A DNA stretch of 64,000 nucleotides. It comes from Mytilus edulis. Lineage: Eukaryota. Every line of letters begins with the position of its first letter. The stretch's first letter is position 1. A program made the translations under genes and the position numbers. The notes below the pieces were generated by a model. The model worked only from the letters and a program-made list of their open reading frames with translations, was not told the DNA's origin and did not search any database. Shown in pieces: positions 60,246 to 64,000 of the stretch. The stretch spans positions 34,534,001 through 34,598,000 of the forward strand of contig NC_092351.1 in assembly GCF_963676685.1 (NCBI RefSeq). Reading direction: 5' to 3'.

Positions 60246-62574
60246 TCACTTTTAATATTTATTTCAATCTATTGTCATATTGTTCAATGGCGCCATTTTT
60301 CATTTTTACATGAATAATTGAAATAAACTTTATATTTAGATCTGAATTACATCTGGGGGATTTTGTGTTTAATACATAAAATGGGAAGGAATGCAAAAAG
60401 TTATGGGAAAATAGCAACTTTAATGAATACTTGGCTAGTTATTCAGAGTGCTTAAAAGATAAGTGTAAAGATATTAGAAATAGAAGGATTTTTTTCTTTG
60501 TACAATTTTTTATTGTTTGATACAAAATTAATGTTGATCAGTACATTTGTACTAGATGACAATCTGAATCTGTTTATATTAAACATAATACAGTATTGCT
60601 AGGTAAAAGGTTTGACAGAACTGTAAAAGTCAATGAAGTCAAACCTATACATGGTCTACTTAGCATTTACAAGTGCCAGAATACTTATATGTTATAAAAA
60701 AGAAGCAATGTTACAATAAACTTCATTTAATGATCTTGAAGGAACTTGGTGCAAGTTCGTTTTTTTTTTTCAGTGCAGAAAATTTCTTTAAAAAACTTCA
60801 AGTATCAGAAATTCATTATCCATATAAATATTCATCATTGACTTGTCAAATCTTGTTAAAAGATGAGATTTGATTTTTAATACACCTTCTAACATTGAAA
60901 AGAGTAGTTTCAATTTTGTTATGGTCAATATGCCATTATTGTTTGTATATATATATTGTCTATATGAAGTTTGACTCGAATTGCTCATTGAAATTAGATT
61001 TAGGATTTTTTTTTTTAGAATGTTGGAGGTGTATATTCTAATTGATAAGTATGTGGCATTGAGATATTCTGGATCACTTTGAGGGTCCTATTTGCTGAGT
61101 CCACTTTCAGCTATCCATAGTAATAGTTAAATTTGGTGTATTTTTTAATGTTAATAACCAGTATTTATACATAGAACATGTTTGTTTTTTCAAACTTCAG
61201 CCTTTTGATACACTGAATAAGCATTTAATATTGATGCAGTAAAAGTCTTGTGATTAATTGATTATTAATTTGAATATGAATTGAAATTCCCAGGTGGAGT
61301 TAAATATTTACACAGGATTTGTACAATTCAATAATATTTTAGTTTTTTATTGATTTAGCATTAATATTATGATGATTGAATAGATTGTTATGAAATATTG
61401 ATATTTTGTAAGCAGTTATTATGTTAGTTATGTCTAGTGTTAAAAATAAGGTTAATTGTAGCAAACACTACTTTAAAAAATATAAGGTTAACTGTTTTAT
61501 TGGTTAATTAACTTTTATTTTATAAAGACAAAAAAAAAGTTTACCCTTGAATACAGAAAAATGATTATAAACAGATATTTAGAAATTAGTTCAATTTCTA
61601 AAAGTTGATGACAGATCTAAACTGTGGTACATAACAGTTTGACAAACACTTATTTTGATCATTGAGAAGGTCAATATTTGCTCAACAATGCAATGTGATT
61701 AAATTGTTCAGCTGATTTTTATAGAGTTATCTCCCTGTAGTGTTAATTATGTACCATCTTAAACATATATGAATTGAGATTCATACCCAATCCCTTTCTT
61801 TGTAGGTAAAATGTACTAAACAATAGTAATAGTTATTTTATTACAACTTATTATACAAAAACTGTCTTTAAGTAATAATGGATGATTTGAGGCTTCATAG
61901 TAATTACATTAATTGGAAGATTTTAATGAAAAAGTTAAAAATCTTTGAAATTTATGCTTAGTCAATTTTTGACCTTATGAAAATTTATATATATGAAATG
62001 CAAAGGAGCTTTTTCCATGTATAGCATAGACATTTATGTATATCATTAAAAAGACATATAACACAAAAAGGAGACTAAATAGGCTTACTTTTCTGAATTG
62101 TTCAGTTTGTATGATGTTTGTAAAGTAAAATGTAGAATGGGTATTTTGTTGTTTTATTTGTAAACAGAAATGTTAATAAGATTGAAAAAATCTAGTGAAT
62201 CTATTGTTCTGTCTCAGCTTGTAGATATTATTAAAGAGAAAAAGACAAAACGGTTTTGATTTCTTTTGACATGTAAAGGCAATTGTTAGTTTAAAGTTGT
62301 GAACTAAGATTTTTGTATTTAAAAAGGGGAGGTACAAAGAATCTTGTAGAAATTGTAAGATCAATATTATATTGGTCATCAATGGCAAAAGCAGGTCTAT
62401 TTAATGACCTTTGTTAGAAAACTTCTTTTAAACTTTCCTCGGATTCTAGGAAAAGGAATGATTTTATATTTGGTTTGTAGCTTGATAATATTAAGCAGTA
62501 GTGTATACATGTGTAAGCCATGCAACTACTTTCTTGTTTGCTGGAAGTTTTAAATTTATGTTATAAGCTTCTAT

Positions 62575-63045
62575 GGGGATCCTCGATGTCTGAGTGTTCC
62601 AAATAAGCAAACTACTGTATCACTAGCCTGTTAAAACAGAGGAAGTGAGTTTAAATCAAGCATATGGCAGGTGCACTCGACAACGATTATCAGTGTCCAG
62701 TAAAAAGTAAAATCATAAAAATACTGAACTCAGAGGAAAATCAAATTGGAAAGTCCCTAATCACATGGCAAAATCAAATCACAAAACACATCAAAAACGA
62801 ATGGACAACAACTGTCATATTCCTGACTTGGTACAGCATTTTCAAATGTAGAAAATGGTGGATTAAACCTGGTTTTATAGTGCTAAACCTCTAACTTTGT
62901 ACAACAGTCTCATCAAATTCCGTTATATTGTCCAGGCATAGGTTGGTGGTTCTCTAGACAATCTGGCTTCCTCTATTGATAAAAACTGACTGCCATGAAA
63001 TGGCACAATAGTGCTGAATATGGTGTTAAACATCAATCAATCAAT
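62575..63045 (+). mobile_element. SINE interrupted by a 228-bp insertion
   Basis: SINE head at 62575-62700, core and (CAAT)n tail at 62936-63045. The insert 62701-62928 is flanked by TGTCCAG direct repeats. Confidence 0.6.
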
Positions 63046-63449
63046 TCAGGGGAGGTTCCAGCCATTTTAAAAAGGGTTCCTAACCCAGGACAAAGGGGAG
63101 GTTCTAACTACATGTCTCCATTCAAATGCATTAATCGTCCCAAAAAAGGGGGGGGGTTCCAACCACTGGAACATGCACAGTGAGACAACCCTCTTTGTAC
63201 AAGGAAAAGTTTTATCAAAGCAGGTTCGATGCCTGGTATTACAGCAAAAATTATCAGCAAGACAAGATCTGCTTATAAATCAGTAAGTATAAAACATCAG
63301 AGATCTTGCCCTTTTGATGATTGTTATTGTTTGTGTTTTGGGCTAAAACTAAAAAAATAGAGATACTTAACACAAAGAATGATGAGCAATATTGACGATA
63401 AATATCAACAAAAAATGGATTTAAGTTATAAATAAATTATAATCTACAT

Positions 63450-63656
63450 ACTGTAAATTCTGTTATTATTGCGAGGTTTTTATTATTCCGAAAAATGAAG
63501 GGGGTTATAATCGCAACAATTAAAACTCACATTTTGTATTTATTTATATAAATGAAACAAGATTTTTCTCGATATCGCAAATATTAAAACCAAATTTTAG
63601 TCTAAAATGACAAAATCGCAATATTAAATGCATGCAATAACTTCTGAATTGACAGT
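63450..63656. mobile_element. Degenerate TA-type MITE
   Basis: TACTGTAAATTCTGTTATTATTGC ... GCAATAACTTCTGAATTGACAGTG imperfect TIR. Confidence 0.55.
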
Positions 63657-64000
63657 GAACCGCAATGTCTAAAAGGCAATGTGAGCTTCTGCCACCACTT
63701 GGCTGAAGACATCTATTATAAACTATTTCAAAGATCTACATGTCCAGTTTGAATGTTGAATCCGATTGTGTAGAGGGTGTTACGCTCTCTGCAATTTAAG
63801 AACCCTTGCAACAACATCTTTGAGTTTGACATGTGGCCTGTTAGCTTGAAGGCTTAATTTGTGTCCCTATCTAATACAATCTCTTTCCCATGTTAGGCAA
63901 ATTTACCAGATTTGCAACCAAGTTGACCTCTATTATAGGACCTTCCTATTCTTTTTTTTTTGTTAATGTGCTTGTCCTGAAGAAGCATGAACTTTTTGCC

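Noticed and set aside
60246-62500. Additional genes or structured features downstream of CFAP97
   Set aside because: AT-rich sequence consistent with 3' UTR or intergenic DNA; nothing supportable was seen.

Overview
AT-rich, intron-rich animal genomic DNA; the repeat families look like those of a bivalve mollusc such as Mytilus, which is an inference. Four spliced host genes can be rebuilt with GT-AG sites and matching phases, in two head-to-head pairs: FAM114A-family (-) with ZMAT2 (+), and an uncharacterised HMG-box/disordered protein (-) with CFAP97 (+). Much of the intronic and intergenic sequence is transposons: three Helentron/HINE-type elements with internal tandem arrays, two 5'-truncated LINEs, and many MITEs with readable TIRs and TSDs, including a multi-layer nest at 42.9-46.9 kb. 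The highlight is a 6.24 kb Ginger-type DNA transposon (TGT..ACA ends, TATA TSD) in the last ZMAT2 intron. Its 7-8-exon DDE integrase gene appears intact. It carries a tandem 20-aa repeat that reads as an array of APC/C destruction boxes (RTPLTDTTN / GTPLTDITN) with TP phosphosites, suggesting a cell-cycle-regulated transposase. Coordinates were read by eye and no database searches were run.
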